Shown in pieces: positions 1-9,345 of a DNA stretch of 50,938 nt; position 1 is the stretch's first letter, and each line of letters starts with the position of its first letter. Below the pieces are notes generated by a model. That model searched no databases and had not been told where the DNA came from. It saw only the letters and a list, made by a program, of their open reading frames with translations. Location of the stretch: positions 1-50,938 of the forward strand of contig JAZOSE010000124.1 in assembly GCA_045656965.1 (NCBI GenBank). Direction: 5' to 3'. The position numbers were made by a program, and so were the translations under genes. The stretch is from Eubacteriales bacterium. Its GTDB lineage: Bacteria > Bacillota > Clostridia > Oscillospirales > CAG-272.

Positions 1-24
1 ACGGTCAATCGACCGTCTTTTTTT
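1..24 (+). terminator. intrinsic terminator of an upstream off-window gene
   Basis: Hairpin ACGGTC(1-6)/GACCGT(11-16) followed by C plus a T7 run (17-24). The stem may continue left of the window. Confidence 0.35.
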
Positions 25-86
25 CGCGCTTCGTCTGAGGAAAGAGAAAAACTCTTGAACAAAATGAAAAAACTGCAAAAAAACTC

Positions 87-115
87 TTGCACAGAGGCAG
101 TTTTGCGTATATAAT
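87..115 (+). promoter_or_regulatory. sigma-A type promoter for htpG
   Basis: TTGCAC (87-92), 17-nt spacer, TATAAT (110-115), about 40 nt upstream of the htpG ATG. Confidence 0.55.
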
Positions 116-154
116 ATATCTTGTATATCTATAAGCCGCGCACAGGAGGTTTTT

Positions 155-1993
155 ATGGCAGAAGAAATCAAAAAGGGCGGAATCTCCGTGGAAACGGAGC
201 ATATTTTCCCCATTATAAAAAAATGGCTCTATTCCGAAAAGGAGATCTTTTTAAGAGAGATCGTTTCCAACGCCGCTGACGCAATCACAAAGCTAAAGCG
301 CCTTGCCTCTCTCGGTAAGTATGAGGCAACAGGGGAAGGCTATCGCATCGACGTATCCTTCAACAAAACCGAAAAAACGCTCACCGTTTCGGATAACGGT
401 ATCGGTATGACCGCCGAGGAGCTTGAAAAGTACATTTGCAATATGGCGCTTTCGGGTGCTGTGGAGTTTATCGAGAAATACGAGGGTGATAGTGCGGATA
501 ACAAAAACGGCATTATCGGTCACTTCGGTCTTGGCTTCTATTCTTCCTTTATGGTGGCGGATACCGTAGAGATCGTCACCGCTTCCTACACGGGCACCCC
601 CGCCGTGCATTGGGAGTGCGGTGAGGACGGAAGCTATACCGTATACGGTGACGCGGAGCGCTCGCGAGGCACCTCTGTTATTATGCACGTGAACGATGAC
701 AGTGCCGAGTATCTTTCCGAGGGCAAGCTTCGCGAGGTGTTAAACAAATACTGTGCCTTTATGCCCGTGGAGATATATCTTACCGACGAGGAAAAGGAAG
801 ACGAGGCAGAGGGAGAAGAGAAGGAAGCGCCGAAGCCTGTCAACGACGTAAATCCGCTTTGGCAACGCCGCGCCTCCGATTGCTCAAAGGAAGAATACAA
901 CGAGTTTTACTCCAAGGTTTTCCTTGACTACAACGAGCCGCTTTTCTATATGCACCTCAACGCCGATTATCCCTTAAACTTCAAGGGTATCCTCTATTTC
1001 CCCAAAATCAAGGAAAACTTTGAGAGCCTTGAGGGAAAGATCAAGCTTTACTACAATCAGGTTTTCGTTGCCGACAATATCAAGGAGGTCATTCCCGAAT
1101 ACCTCCTTATGCTTCGCGGCGTGCTGGACTGCCCTGAGCTTCCTTTAAACGTTTCTCGCAGCTATCTCCAAAACAGCGCATACGTAAGCAAGGTTTCGCA
1201 GTATATTGTAAAGAAGGTTGCCGACAAGCTCGTTTCTATGTTCAAAAACGAGCGCGAGCAGTATGAAGCCCTTTGGAAGGACCTCAAGACCTTCGTGGAA
1301 TACGGTGCTATTTCCGACCGTAAATTCTACGATCGTATCAAGGACGCACTCCTTCTGACGCTGACAAGCGGAAAGAAGGTTACCGTCTCTGAGTGCATCG
1401 AGAAGGCGGGTGAGAAAAAGACTGTGTACTACGCGCACGACCTTAAAACGCAAGCCAATCTTATCGCTATGTACGAGGCAGAGGGCTACGAGGTGATTCA
1501 CGTAGAGACCATCCTTGACGACCGCTTCTTGCAGATGCTTGAATCGGTGAGCGACGGCGTGAAATTCATACGTGTGGATGCCGATACCTCGGCGCTTCGC
1601 GAGGAGGGCGAGGAGGAAAAGAGCGAGAAGCTCACCGCGCTCTTTGAAGCCTTCTCAAATGACGAAAACAAGCTTTCCGTCCGTTTTGAAAAATTGCGCG
1701 ACACCACCGTCCCCGCCATTTTAAACGTCTCCGAGGAGGCGCGCCGTATGCAGGAAATGATGAAGATGTACGCGCCAGATATGCCCGCGATGCCTCTTGA
1801 AGCAACGCTGGTGCTGAACACCTCATCTGCCTTGATCAAAAAGCTAAAGGAGGATGCCTTCGGCGAAAGGACCGAGGCGGTGGCAAGCTACGTATACCAT
1901 CTGGCAACGCTTTCTCAGCGTCCCCTTAATGCAGAGGAAATGAAGGCATTTCTCTCTGAAAGCTATCGCATTTTGGATGCGCTCTCCTCATGA
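155..1993 (+). CDS. htpG: molecular chaperone HtpG (Hsp90 family)
   Basis: 612-aa ORF with GHKL ATPase motifs (EIFLREIVSNAADA, SDNGIGM, GHFGLGFYS). AGGAGG SD lies 5 nt upstream of the ATG. Confidence 0.95.
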   Translation: MAEEIKKGGISVETEHIFPIIKKWLYSEKEIFLREIVSNAADAITKLKRLASLGKYEATGEGYRIDVSFNKTEKTLTVSDNGIGMTAEELEKYICNMALSGAVEFIEKYEGDSADNKNGIIGHFGLGFYSSFMVADTVEIVTASYTGTPAVHWECGEDGSYTVYGDAERSRGTSVIMHVNDDSAEYLSEGKLREVLNKYCAFMPVEIYLTDEEKEDEAEGEEKEAPKPVNDVNPLWQRRASDCSKEEYNEFYSKVFLDYNEPLFYMHLNADYPLNFKGILYFPKIKENFESLEGKIKLYYNQVFVADNIKEVIPEYLLMLRGVLDCPELPLNVSRSYLQNSAYVSKVSQYIVKKVADKLVSMFKNEREQYEALWKDLKTFVEYGAISDRKFYDRIKDALLLTLTSGKKVTVSECIEKAGEKKTVYYAHDLKTQANLIAMYEAEGYEVIHVETILDDRFLQMLESVSDGVKFIRVDADTSALREEGEEEKSEKLTALFEAFSNDENKLSVRFEKLRDTTVPAILNVSEEARRMQEMMKMYAPDMPAMPLEATLVLNTSSALIKKLKEDAFGERTEAVASYVYHLATLSQRPLNAEEMKAFLSESYRILDALSS

Positions 1994-2886
1994 TGCGGGC
2001 GCCTCTTGAAAATCTTCGCGCGCTTTCGCGCGAGGGCACTGTGCTTGAAGAAAAGCGCCTGTACGAGCTTTCCGAGCTGGCGTATTTTATATACCGCGAG
2101 ATCAAGGAGGGAAGCATACCGCTTTCCTCGCCCTATGCCTTTTGCGATGCCGTATCGCTTCGCTTGAAGATGAAGGTGGGTGAAGCGGCTGACAGCGCGC
2201 TTTATAAGGCGTTTTTGGAAAACGCAAGCTCTGTTTCCCATTATACCGACCTTGCCGCCTTTTCCGTTTTTCTTGCAGGAGAGCTTTCCGCTAAATCCTT
2301 TTCTCCGTTTTCGGAAAGGATGGGAAGAAGGAAAAACGCACGTATTGCCTACGTGCGCGCATCTGTGGCAGACGGTGCGTATGAAAAAATATCCCATAGC
2401 ATAAAGGACGCATCCGTGCTCTACGTTGGCTCGGCGGAGGAAGCGTGTGCCGCGGTTGCGGCAGCGGAGGCTGATTTTGCCCTTTTGCCCGTTTCTTACG
2501 GTCAAGGCGAGCGCCTTTTCACGGTGGAAAGGCTGACAGAGCGCTACAAAATGTTTATAAATTCAACGGTGAGAATGCCGCTTTCCGACGAAAAGGAAGC
2601 GCATTTCGGGCTATTTTCTCTTTCGCCCGAGCCTGCCGTTGCCTCACAAAAAAGAGAGCTTGCCCTGCGTCTCACCGCCGACTCGCTTGAGTCGCTCTTT
2701 AAGCTCGTCGGGCTATGCCCCCTTTTTGGATACACGTTAAAGGATTTCGCGCTTACTCCCTCGGAGTACGAAAGAGCCTCCGCCCGTGCCGTTTTCGGCG
2801 GGGAGGGCAACGACAGAGCCCTTTGGTTTTTCCTCTCGCTCTCGTCGTGTGACTTCACGCTTCTCGGCTCCTATTACCAACTTTAA
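1990..2886 (+). CDS. hypothetical protein, degenerate prephenate dehydratase/ACT-like (PheA-like, catalytic motifs missing)
   Basis: 298-aa ORF whose ATG overlaps the htpG stop (ATGA). Segments ARIAYV..., AEADFALLPVSYGQGE, AHFGLFSLSPEP and the C-terminal LLGSYYQL resemble PheA by eye, but the TRF and ESRP motifs are absent. Confidence 0.45.
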   Translation: MMRAPLENLRALSREGTVLEEKRLYELSELAYFIYREIKEGSIPLSSPYAFCDAVSLRLKMKVGEAADSALYKAFLENASSVSHYTDLAAFSVFLAGELSAKSFSPFSERMGRRKNARIAYVRASVADGAYEKISHSIKDASVLYVGSAEEACAAVAAAEADFALLPVSYGQGERLFTVERLTERYKMFINSTVRMPLSDEKEAHFGLFSLSPEPAVASQKRELALRLTADSLESLFKLVGLCPLFGYTLKDFALTPSEYERASARAVFGGEGNDRALWFFLSLSSCDFTLLGSYYQL

Positions 2887-2909
2887 ATGCTTGAAAGGAA
2901 CCCATAATA

Positions 2910-3167
2910 ATGAAAAAACAGTTTGACTATACGACCCGCGGCACCTGCTCGCGTATGATCCACGTTACCGTTGAGGACGGTATTATCGAAAACGTCACCT
3001 TTGACGGTGGCTGTGCAGGCAACACCAGAGGCGTTAGTGCCCTCGTGCGCGGTATGCGCGTTGAGGAGGCTATTGAGCGCTTAAAGGGCATTCGCTGCGG
3101 ATTTAAGAGCACCTCTTGCCCCGATCAGCTGGCGCAAGCGCTTGAAGCGTGCGTTGAGAACGCGTAA
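2910..3167 (+). CDS. TSCPD domain-containing small protein (TIGR03905-like)
   Basis: 85-aa ORF with GGCAGN and KSTSCPDQLA motifs typical of the small TSCPD family. Confidence 0.8.
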   Translation: MKKQFDYTTRGTCSRMIHVTVEDGIIENVTFDGGCAGNTRGVSALVRGMRVEEAIERLKGIRCGFKSTSCPDQLAQALEACVENA

Positions 3168-3184
3168 CCACGGGAGGTAGTATA

Positions 3185-4912
3185 ATGCAAGCAAGAAACG
3201 AATACAAAAGATGGTTAGCCTATTCTGCTCTTGACGAGGAAAGTCGCCGTGAGCTTTTGTCTATTGCATCTGACGATGATACGATCGAAATGCGCTTTGG
3301 CTCGGTTATGAGCTTTGGAACGGCAGGTCTGCGCTCCACGATGTACGCAGGCCCCGCTTGTATGAATAACTATACCGTTGCACAGGCAACGGCAGGCATC
3401 GCCGCCCTTGTAAAGCAGGAAAAGGGAAGCGAGCGCGGTGTCGCTATTGCATACGACAGCCGCAATCATTCGAAGGAGTTTGCTGAGGTATGCGCCGAGG
3501 TTTTGGCGGCGAACGGTATCCGTACTTATCTTTTTGACGGCGTGCGCCCCACGCCTGAGCTTTCCTTTGCCGTAAGAGAGCTTGGCTGCAAGGCGGGTAT
3601 CAATATCACCGCCTCTCACAACCCCAAGGAATATAACGGCTATAAGGCGTATTGGGAGGACGGCGCACAGATCTCTCCCGAGCAGTCCAAGGTCGTAGCT
3701 TCGGCAATTGCCGAGATCGACGTTCTTGGAGGCGCTACCCGTATGCCGCTTGCCGAGGCTCTTGAGGCGGGCATCGTCACCTATCTTTCTGAGGATTTTG
3801 ACGAGATCTACCTTTCCGCCGTAGAAAAAACCTCGATCAACCCCGAGGCAATGCGCGAGCTTGGTGAAAGCCTCAAGATCGTATATACCCCCCTCCACGG
3901 GGCAGGCTACCGTCTTGTTCCCGAGATCCTTCGCCGCGCGGGTCTTAAAAATCTCTATACTGTTCCCGAGCAAATGGTGCTTGACGGTAATTTCCCCACT
4001 GTGGCGAAGCCCAATCCCGAATACGCAAACGTTTTCGCACTCGGTATTGAGATTGCGGAAAAAGAGGGAAGCGACCTTATCATTGCCACCGACCCTGATG
4101 CTGATCGCGTTGGTGTTATGAGCCGCACAAGGAGTGGAGAGTTCGCCACCATTACGGGCAACCAAATGGGTGCGCTTATGCTTGACTACGTTATCCGCGC
4201 GCGCCGCGCGGCAGGCAAGCTTTCTTCGGGCGCTTACGCCGTGAAATCCATCGTTTCCACCGATCTTGCCACCAAGATCGCAAGCGACGAGGGCATTTTG
4301 CTTTACGACGTTTTCACGGGCTTTAAGTTTATTGGCGAGGTCATCAAAAACTATGAGGAAAGCGGCAAAGCGGGTGAGTTTATCTTCGGCTTTGAGGAAA
4401 GCTACGGATACCTCTTCGGCAGTTACGCAAGAGACAAGGACGCCGTCGGTGCCACCCTGATGATCGCCGAAATGACCGCCTTCTACCGCAAAAACGGTAT
4501 GACGCTCTCCGACGCGCTCGAAAAGCTCTACGAAAAATACGGTGAATACCGCGAGGGTGTTGTTGATCTTTATATGGAAGGGCTGGACGGTATTGCTCGC
4601 CGCCGTCGCATTATGGATTCCTTGCGCACCACGGTTCCCGCGAGCTTTGGCGGTGTACCCGTCCAAACCGTCACCGATCATATGGCACAGACAACGGTTT
4701 CGCTTCTCGACGGAAGCAAGACGGAGACCGGTATGGGAGCAAGTGACGTTTTATACTACACACTCTTAGGTGGCGACAAGGTCATTGTTCGTCCTTCCGG
4801 CACCGAGCCTAAGATCAAATTCTATTTCCTTTGCCATGGTGACACCGCAACCGAGGTTGAGGCAAAGATCAACGCTTATAAAGCGGACGCACAGCGTTTG
4901 GCCGAGGTATAA
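3185..4912 (+). CDS. pgcA: phospho-sugar mutase (alpha-phosphoglucomutase type)
   Basis: 575 aa. Active-site loop TASHNPKEYNGYK, metal loop ATDPDADR, strong GGGAGG SD. Confidence 0.9.
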   Translation: MQARNEYKRWLAYSALDEESRRELLSIASDDDTIEMRFGSVMSFGTAGLRSTMYAGPACMNNYTVAQATAGIAALVKQEKGSERGVAIAYDSRNHSKEFAEVCAEVLAANGIRTYLFDGVRPTPELSFAVRELGCKAGINITASHNPKEYNGYKAYWEDGAQISPEQSKVVASAIAEIDVLGGATRMPLAEALEAGIVTYLSEDFDEIYLSAVEKTSINPEAMRELGESLKIVYTPLHGAGYRLVPEILRRAGLKNLYTVPEQMVLDGNFPTVAKPNPEYANVFALGIEIAEKEGSDLIIATDPDADRVGVMSRTRSGEFATITGNQMGALMLDYVIRARRAAGKLSSGAYAVKSIVSTDLATKIASDEGILLYDVFTGFKFIGEVIKNYEESGKAGEFIFGFEESYGYLFGSYARDKDAVGATLMIAEMTAFYRKNGMTLSDALEKLYEKYGEYREGVVDLYMEGLDGIARRRRIMDSLRTTVPASFGGVPVQTVTDHMAQTTVSLLDGSKTETGMGASDVLYYTLLGGDKVIVRPSGTEPKIKFYFLCHGDTATEVEAKINAYKADAQRLAEV

Positions 4913-4943
4913 GCCTAACACTCCCTGAAAGGAATGTAAAAAA

Positions 4944-6752
4944 GTGACCGAAAAGCAAAAACGGACCAGAAATTTTTCTATTATTGCCCACATTGACCAC
5001 GGAAAAAGCACGCTTGCCGACCGCATCCTTGAGGCTACCCAAACGGTTGCCGCACGCGATATGGAGGCACAGCTGCTTGACAATATGGACCTTGAGCGCG
5101 AGCGCGGCATCACCATCAAGGCGCGCGCCGTGCGTCTTACCTATCACAGCGAGGATGGGGAATACTATCTTAATCTTATTGACACCCCCGGCCACGTGGA
5201 CTTCGGCTATGAGGTCTCTCGCTCGCTCAGTGCTTGCGAGGGCGCGCTTCTCGTGGTTGACTCCACGCAAGGCGTTGAGGCACAAACGCTTGCCAACGCT
5301 TACCTTGCCGTAGACAACGACCTTGAGATCGTTCCCGTCATCAATAAGATCGACCTTCCGTCTGCCGATATCGACGGTTGCCGAAAGGAAATCGAGGATA
5401 TTATCGGCATTCCTGCCGAGGATTGTCCTGCGGTTTCTGCAAAAACAGGTCAAAACATTGAGGACGTTTTAAAGGCGGTTGTTAGGGATATCCCCGCCCC
5501 GAAGGGAGACGCGGATGCGCCCTTAAAATGCTTGATCTTCGACTCCTACTACGATAGCTATCTCGGCGTTGTCGTCAATGTGCGCGTGGTGGACGGACGC
5601 CTCCGCGCAGGCGATAGCATCCGTCTTATGAGCACGGGCGCCGTGTTTGAGGTTGCCGAGGTCGGTACGATGGAGCCCTTCGGGCTTCAAAAGTGCGAGG
5701 AGCTTTCGGCGGGTGACGTTGGCTACATCACCGCCAGTATCAAGACCGTTAGCGAAACGCGCGTGGGCGATACCGTCACGAGTGCCGTGGGCGGTGTCAG
5801 CGAGCCGCTTCCCGGCTTCCGCAAGGCACAGCCGATGGTCTATGCGGGCATTTATCCCGCCGATGGCGCGAAGTATCCCGACCTTCGCGATGCACTGGAA
5901 AAGCTTCAGCTCAACGACGCTTCCTTAAGCTATGAGCCTGAGACTTCCTTGGCGCTTGGCTTTGGCTTCCGTTGCGGCTTCTTGGGACTTCTCCATATGG
6001 AGATCATCGAGGAGCGCCTTGAGCGCGAATTTAATCTCGATCTTATCACCACCGCGCCCAGCGTTATTTATAAGATCTTAAAGAGAAGTGGGGAAGAGGT
6101 ATTCGTGGATAATCCCGCCAACTATCCTTCACCCGACGAGATCGACACGGCCTTCGAGCCCTTTGTAAAGGCAAGCATCATCACGCCCTCCGACTTCCTT
6201 GGCGGCATTATGGATCTTTGTAAGGAGAGGCGCGGCATCTTCCTTGATATGAAGTATATCGATACCACGCGCGTGGAGCTTCATTACGTGCTTCCGCTTA
6301 ACGAGATCGTATACGACTTCTTTGATGCACTGAAGAGCCGCAGTAAGGGCTACGCGTCGCTTGACTACGATTTTGACGAATACAGAGCCTCGAAGCTTGC
6401 TAAGCTTGACTTCCTTCTCAACGGTGAGATGGTGGACGCGCTTTCCTTCATTGTCTTTGAGGAAAGTGCTTATGCGCGCGCCCGTAAGATCGCGGAGCGC
6501 TTAAAGGAGAATATCCCGCGTCAGATGTTTGAAATTCCCATCCAGGCGGCAATCGGCACTAAGGTTATCGCTCGAGAAACGGTCAAGGCGATGCGTAAGG
6601 ACGTGCTTGCCAAGTGCTATGGCGGCGATATTACCCGTAAGAAGAAGCTTCTCGAAAAGCAAAAAGAGGGTAAAAAGAAGATGCGCAAGCTCGGTAGCGT
6701 AGAGGTGTCTCCCGAAGCCTTTATGGCAGTTCTTAAGCTTGACGATGAATAA
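4944..6752 (+). CDS. lepA: translation elongation factor 4 (LepA)
   Basis: 602 aa. GTP-binding motifs [20 protein letters not shown]-like, DTPGHVDF and NKID, plus the LepA-specific C-terminal region. GTG start. Confidence 0.96.
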   Translation: MTEKQKRTRNFSIIAHIDHGKSTLADRILEATQTVAARDMEAQLLDNMDLERERGITIKARAVRLTYHSEDGEYYLNLIDTPGHVDFGYEVSRSLSACEGALLVVDSTQGVEAQTLANAYLAVDNDLEIVPVINKIDLPSADIDGCRKEIEDIIGIPAEDCPAVSAKTGQNIEDVLKAVVRDIPAPKGDADAPLKCLIFDSYYDSYLGVVVNVRVVDGRLRAGDSIRLMSTGAVFEVAEVGTMEPFGLQKCEELSAGDVGYITASIKTVSETRVGDTVTSAVGGVSEPLPGFRKAQPMVYAGIYPADGAKYPDLRDALEKLQLNDASLSYEPETSLALGFGFRCGFLGLLHMEIIEERLEREFNLDLITTAPSVIYKILKRSGEEVFVDNPANYPSPDEIDTAFEPFVKASIITPSDFLGGIMDLCKERRGIFLDMKYIDTTRVELHYVLPLNEIVYDFFDALKSRSKGYASLDYDFDEYRASKLAKLDFLLNGEMVDALSFIVFEESAYARARKIAERLKENIPRQMFEIPIQAAIGTKVIARETVKAMRKDVLAKCYGGDITRKKKLLEKQKEGKKKMRKLGSVEVSPEAFMAVLKLDDE

Positions 6753-7875
6753 GCTCGGAGTTTACATTCATATCCCTTTTTGCCTAAGGAAGTGCCTATA
6801 TTGTGATTTTTGCTCCGCTCCTCCCAAGGAGCAGAGCGAGATGCGTGCCTACACCGAGGCCCTGATCAAGGAAATAGAGGCATCGGCTTCAAAGGCAAGA
6901 AATTATACGGTGGATACCGTGTTTTTCGGCGGTGGCACACCAACGCTTTTGACGCTTTCCAATGTGGAGGCGATTTTAAGGACGGTGCGCCGATGCTTTT
7001 GCGTTCAACCCGATGCCGAGATTACCCTGGAGGCAAACCCCGCCTCCGCCGACAAGGAGAAGCTCGCAGGGCTTCGTGCGCTTGGCTTTAACCGCATCAG
7101 CGTGGGCGTACAAAGCTTTTCGGACAAGGAGCTAAGGGCGCTCGGCAGGGCGCACACCGCCGCTGAGGCGGATGCCTTTTTGCGTGACGTGCGCGAAGTG
7201 GGCTTCCAAAACGTTAATATCGACTTGATGTACGGTATCCCATACCAAACCGAAGAAAGCTTTCAAACAACGCTCTTAGCGGCGCTTTCTCACTCTCCCG
7301 AGCATATTTCGGCATACAGCCTGATCGTCGAGGAGGGGACTCCGTTTTTTGAGCAGAGAGACACCCTTCCGCTTCCCTCGGAGGACACGGAGGCGCTTTT
7401 GCATAACGAGCTATGTAAAACGCTTGGCGAGGCGGGATATAGGCATTATGAGATCAGCAATTTTGCCAAGGAAGGCTACCACTCCCGTCACAATCTTCGC
7501 TATTGGAGATGCGAGGAGTATCTTGGCTTCGGCGCGGCGGCGTATTCCTTTTTCGGCGGCGAGCGCTACGGTAACGTCAGGGACGTGTGCCAATATATGA
7601 AAGCCCCCACGGAAGCTGTTTTTGAACGAGACGTTCTAAACGAGCAAGCACTCGCATACGAATATATTATGCTTCATCTTCGCACGAGCGATGGGCTTTC
7701 GTTTTCAGCGTATGAAAAGCGCTTCGGCGTTAGGCTGAAGGAACGCTATGGGGATGAAATATCCCGCTTCCGAGCGCTTGGCTGGTTAACGGATGGGGAG
7801 GATGCTCTTGCTCTTACAGAGGAAGGAATGCGTTTTTCCAACACCGTTCTCGTCGCCTTTATGGAAGATTTTTAA
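6745..7875 (+). CDS. hemW: radical SAM heme chaperone HemW (coproporphyrinogen III oxidase-like)
   Basis: The [11 protein letters not shown] radical-SAM CxxxCxxC motif lies right after the N-terminus. Conserved lepA-hemW adjacency. The ATG at 6745 is preferred over the TTG at 6739. Confidence 0.9.
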   Translation: MNKLGVYIHIPFCLRKCLYCDFCSAPPKEQSEMRAYTEALIKEIEASASKARNYTVDTVFFGGGTPTLLTLSNVEAILRTVRRCFCVQPDAEITLEANPASADKEKLAGLRALGFNRISVGVQSFSDKELRALGRAHTAAEADAFLRDVREVGFQNVNIDLMYGIPYQTEESFQTTLLAALSHSPEHISAYSLIVEEGTPFFEQRDTLPLPSEDTEALLHNELCKTLGEAGYRHYEISNFAKEGYHSRHNLRYWRCEEYLGFGAAAYSFFGGERYGNVRDVCQYMKAPTEAVFERDVLNEQALAYEYIMLHLRTSDGLSFSAYEKRFGVRLKERYGDEISRFRALGWLTDGEDALALTEEGMRFSNTVLVAFMEDF

Positions 7876-7891
7876 AAAAGCGCATTTACGG

Positions 7892-7920
7892 TTGACAAAG
7901 TACTTAAAGTTTGGTACAAT
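7892..7920 (+). promoter_or_regulatory. sigma-A type promoter (extended -10) for the DUF1292 gene
   Basis: TTGACA (7892-7897), 17-nt spacer ending in TGG, TACAAT (7915-7920). Confidence 0.6.
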
Positions 7921-7953
7921 AATAGTGTAAAACATTTTGAATGGAGTAAAGAT

Positions 7954-8253
7954 ATGTCTGAGGAAATCAAAAACAACGACGAGCTTGAAGAAGAGGTTGG
8001 TATCTATACCCTGACCGATGAGGACGGCAAGGAGTACGAGTTTGAGCTCGTTGGCGAGGCGGAGCTTGACGGCACCGTTTATATGGCTTTTCAGCCTGTG
8101 GGTGACGAGAATGGCGAATTTGTTCTTTTGAAGGCTGTTCCTTCGGAGGACGGCGAAACCAATCTTGTTACGATCGATGACGACGAGGAGTTCGACCGTG
8201 TAGCCGATTACTTTGAGGATCAGGTATTTGGCGACGTCGACTACGATAACTGA
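7954..8253 (+). CDS. DUF1292 domain-containing protein
   Basis: 99-aa acidic ORF. The pattern YTLTDEDGKEYEFELVGEAELDGTVYMAFQPV is typical of DUF1292. GGAG SD. Confidence 0.8.
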   Translation: MSEEIKNNDELEEEVGIYTLTDEDGKEYEFELVGEAELDGTVYMAFQPVGDENGEFVLLKAVPSEDGETNLVTIDDDEEFDRVADYFEDQVFGDVDYDN

Positions 8254-8317
8254 TTTTTCGTTATTTCATCCTGCTTTGTGCGTGATAAGGCACATTTGGG
8301 CCTACACTTAGTTAAAT

Positions 8318-8469
8318 GGAGCCCGAGCTTCTTTGCCAGATGCAGACCTCCTCTTCGCCGCCTGCCTTTGTGCCGCGGCGATGCAGACGTTGGGAGCAAC
8401 TAAAACAAAGAGAGGGCACCACCCTAGTCTCTAGGGCTAAAAACTGTCTTACACGGCATAGCGGGAGTC
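8318..8469 (+). ncRNA. candidate structured small RNA, 6S (SsrS)-like
   Basis: Non-coding 300-nt gap with no terminator between the DUF1292 stop and this element. The ends can pair (GGAGCCCGAGCUUCUUUGCC with GGCAUAGCGGGAGUC). Internal stems are UCGCCGC/GCGGCGA and CCCUAG/CUAGGG. The segment GGGCUAAAAACUGUC resembles the GCCUUAAAACUG stretch I recall from 6S RNA. Two terminators follow. Confidence 0.35.
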
Positions 8470-8478
8470 GTTTTAAAG

Positions 8479-8509
8479 AAAAACAGCGATTTTTCGCTGT
8501 TTTTCTTTT
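8479..8509 (+). terminator. intrinsic terminator (palindromic A/T flanks, bidirectional)
   Basis: AAAAACAGCGA-TTTT-TCGCTGTTTTT hairpin followed by a T-run. Confidence 0.7.
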
Positions 8510-8518
8510 CTCGGTAAT

Positions 8519-8549
8519 AAAAACAGCCTGCAAAAAGCAGGCTGTTTTT
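8519..8549. terminator. bidirectional intrinsic terminator (serves the minus-strand LUD gene)
   Basis: AAAAACAGCCTGC-AAAAA-GCAGGCTGTTTTT: 8-bp GC-rich stem with an A-run on one side and a T-run on the other. Confidence 0.8.
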
Positions 8550-8553
8550 ACGT

Positions 8554-9165
8554 TTAATATCCAAGCTCCTCGTTAATAAGGATCACGCGGATGCGTCCTT
8601 TAGGCTTGCATACTCTTAAATGTACCATTTGCGCACAAATGGTGTCGGGTGAAAGACAGTTGGCGCATTTTCCCGTTTTTTTGCATGGCGTTTTAATGTC
8701 AAAGCGCTGTGCGTTTTTTGGTGCGGCAATCTCACGAACACGCTTGTATGCATCGGGAAGGGTGGGCACGATCTTGTTTGCTCCCGCCACGACCAAAACG
8801 TTTTCGGGACCCCAGATCATTGAGGCAACGCGGTTGCCGATGCCGTCAAGGTTTAAAAGCTCGCCGTCCTCGGTAATCGCGTTGGAGCTGGTAAAGTACC
8901 AGTCCGAAAAATAATGCTCGCGGGCGAAAGCCATACGCTCCTCTCGCGGTAGCTCGTCGCGGTCATAGACGAGATATCCCTTACCCTTGACCGCCTCAGT
9001 CAGTCCGATGTCGCGGATGGTCTTTGATCCGCCCCAGGTGATGCTACACCCCTCACTTAACAGGGACATGGCAATACGGATAACGTCCTCGCGGCTTTTA
9101 GCAACAAAGGTTTCGAAGCCCTTTCTTTTCAAGGCATCAGCAGTCTTTAAAAGCAGTTGTTTCAT
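8554..9165 (-). CDS. LUD-domain (lactate utilization protein C-like, DUF162) protein
   Basis: 203 aa. N-terminal layout and the GGSKT motif are typical of the short clostridial LUD-domain family. Cys cluster CKKTGKCANCLSPDTIC near the C-terminus. Confidence 0.65.
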   Translation of the reverse strand: MKQLLLKTADALKRKGFETFVAKSREDVIRIAMSLLSEGCSITWGGSKTIRDIGLTEAVKGKGYLVYDRDELPREERMAFAREHYFSDWYFTSSNAITEDGELLNLDGIGNRVASMIWGPENVLVVAGANKIVPTLPDAYKRVREIAAPKNAQRFDIKTPCKKTGKCANCLSPDTICAQMVHLRVCKPKGRIRVILINEELGY

Positions 9166-9280
9166 AAATTCCTTTTTAGATCATCTCCATTGCCCGTCTT
9201 TGATACGGAAGACGTGGGAGAAATTTGAAGTACTATCGGTTGTATTGTATCACGCCGGGGAAGAAATGTCAAGGAATTTC

Positions 9281-9309
9281 TTGACTTTAGGGAGAAAGTG
9301 TTATATAAT
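9281..9309 (+). promoter_or_regulatory. sigma-A type promoter for the O-antigen-ligase-like gene
   Basis: TTGACT (9281-9286), 17-nt spacer, TATAAT (9304-9309). Confidence 0.6.
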
Positions 9310-9345
9310 ATAGTGTAATTGTTTTATAGGTGGGAGTGACGGGGT

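Noticed and set aside
3215-4681. 488-aa ORF antisense to the phosphoglucomutase gene
   Set aside because: It lies entirely inside, and antisense to, a confidently identified gene. Its composition is low-complexity and G/R/A/V-rich with no recognisable motifs, SD or promoter. This is the classic shadow ORF produced by codon bias of the sense gene.
8312-8576. ORFs 8312-8533 (-) and 8316-8576 (+) in the DUF1292/LUD intergenic region
   Set aside because: They are mutually antisense, run through two obvious terminator hairpins, are Cys/Arg-rich and have no SD. The region is better explained as a structured RNA plus terminators.
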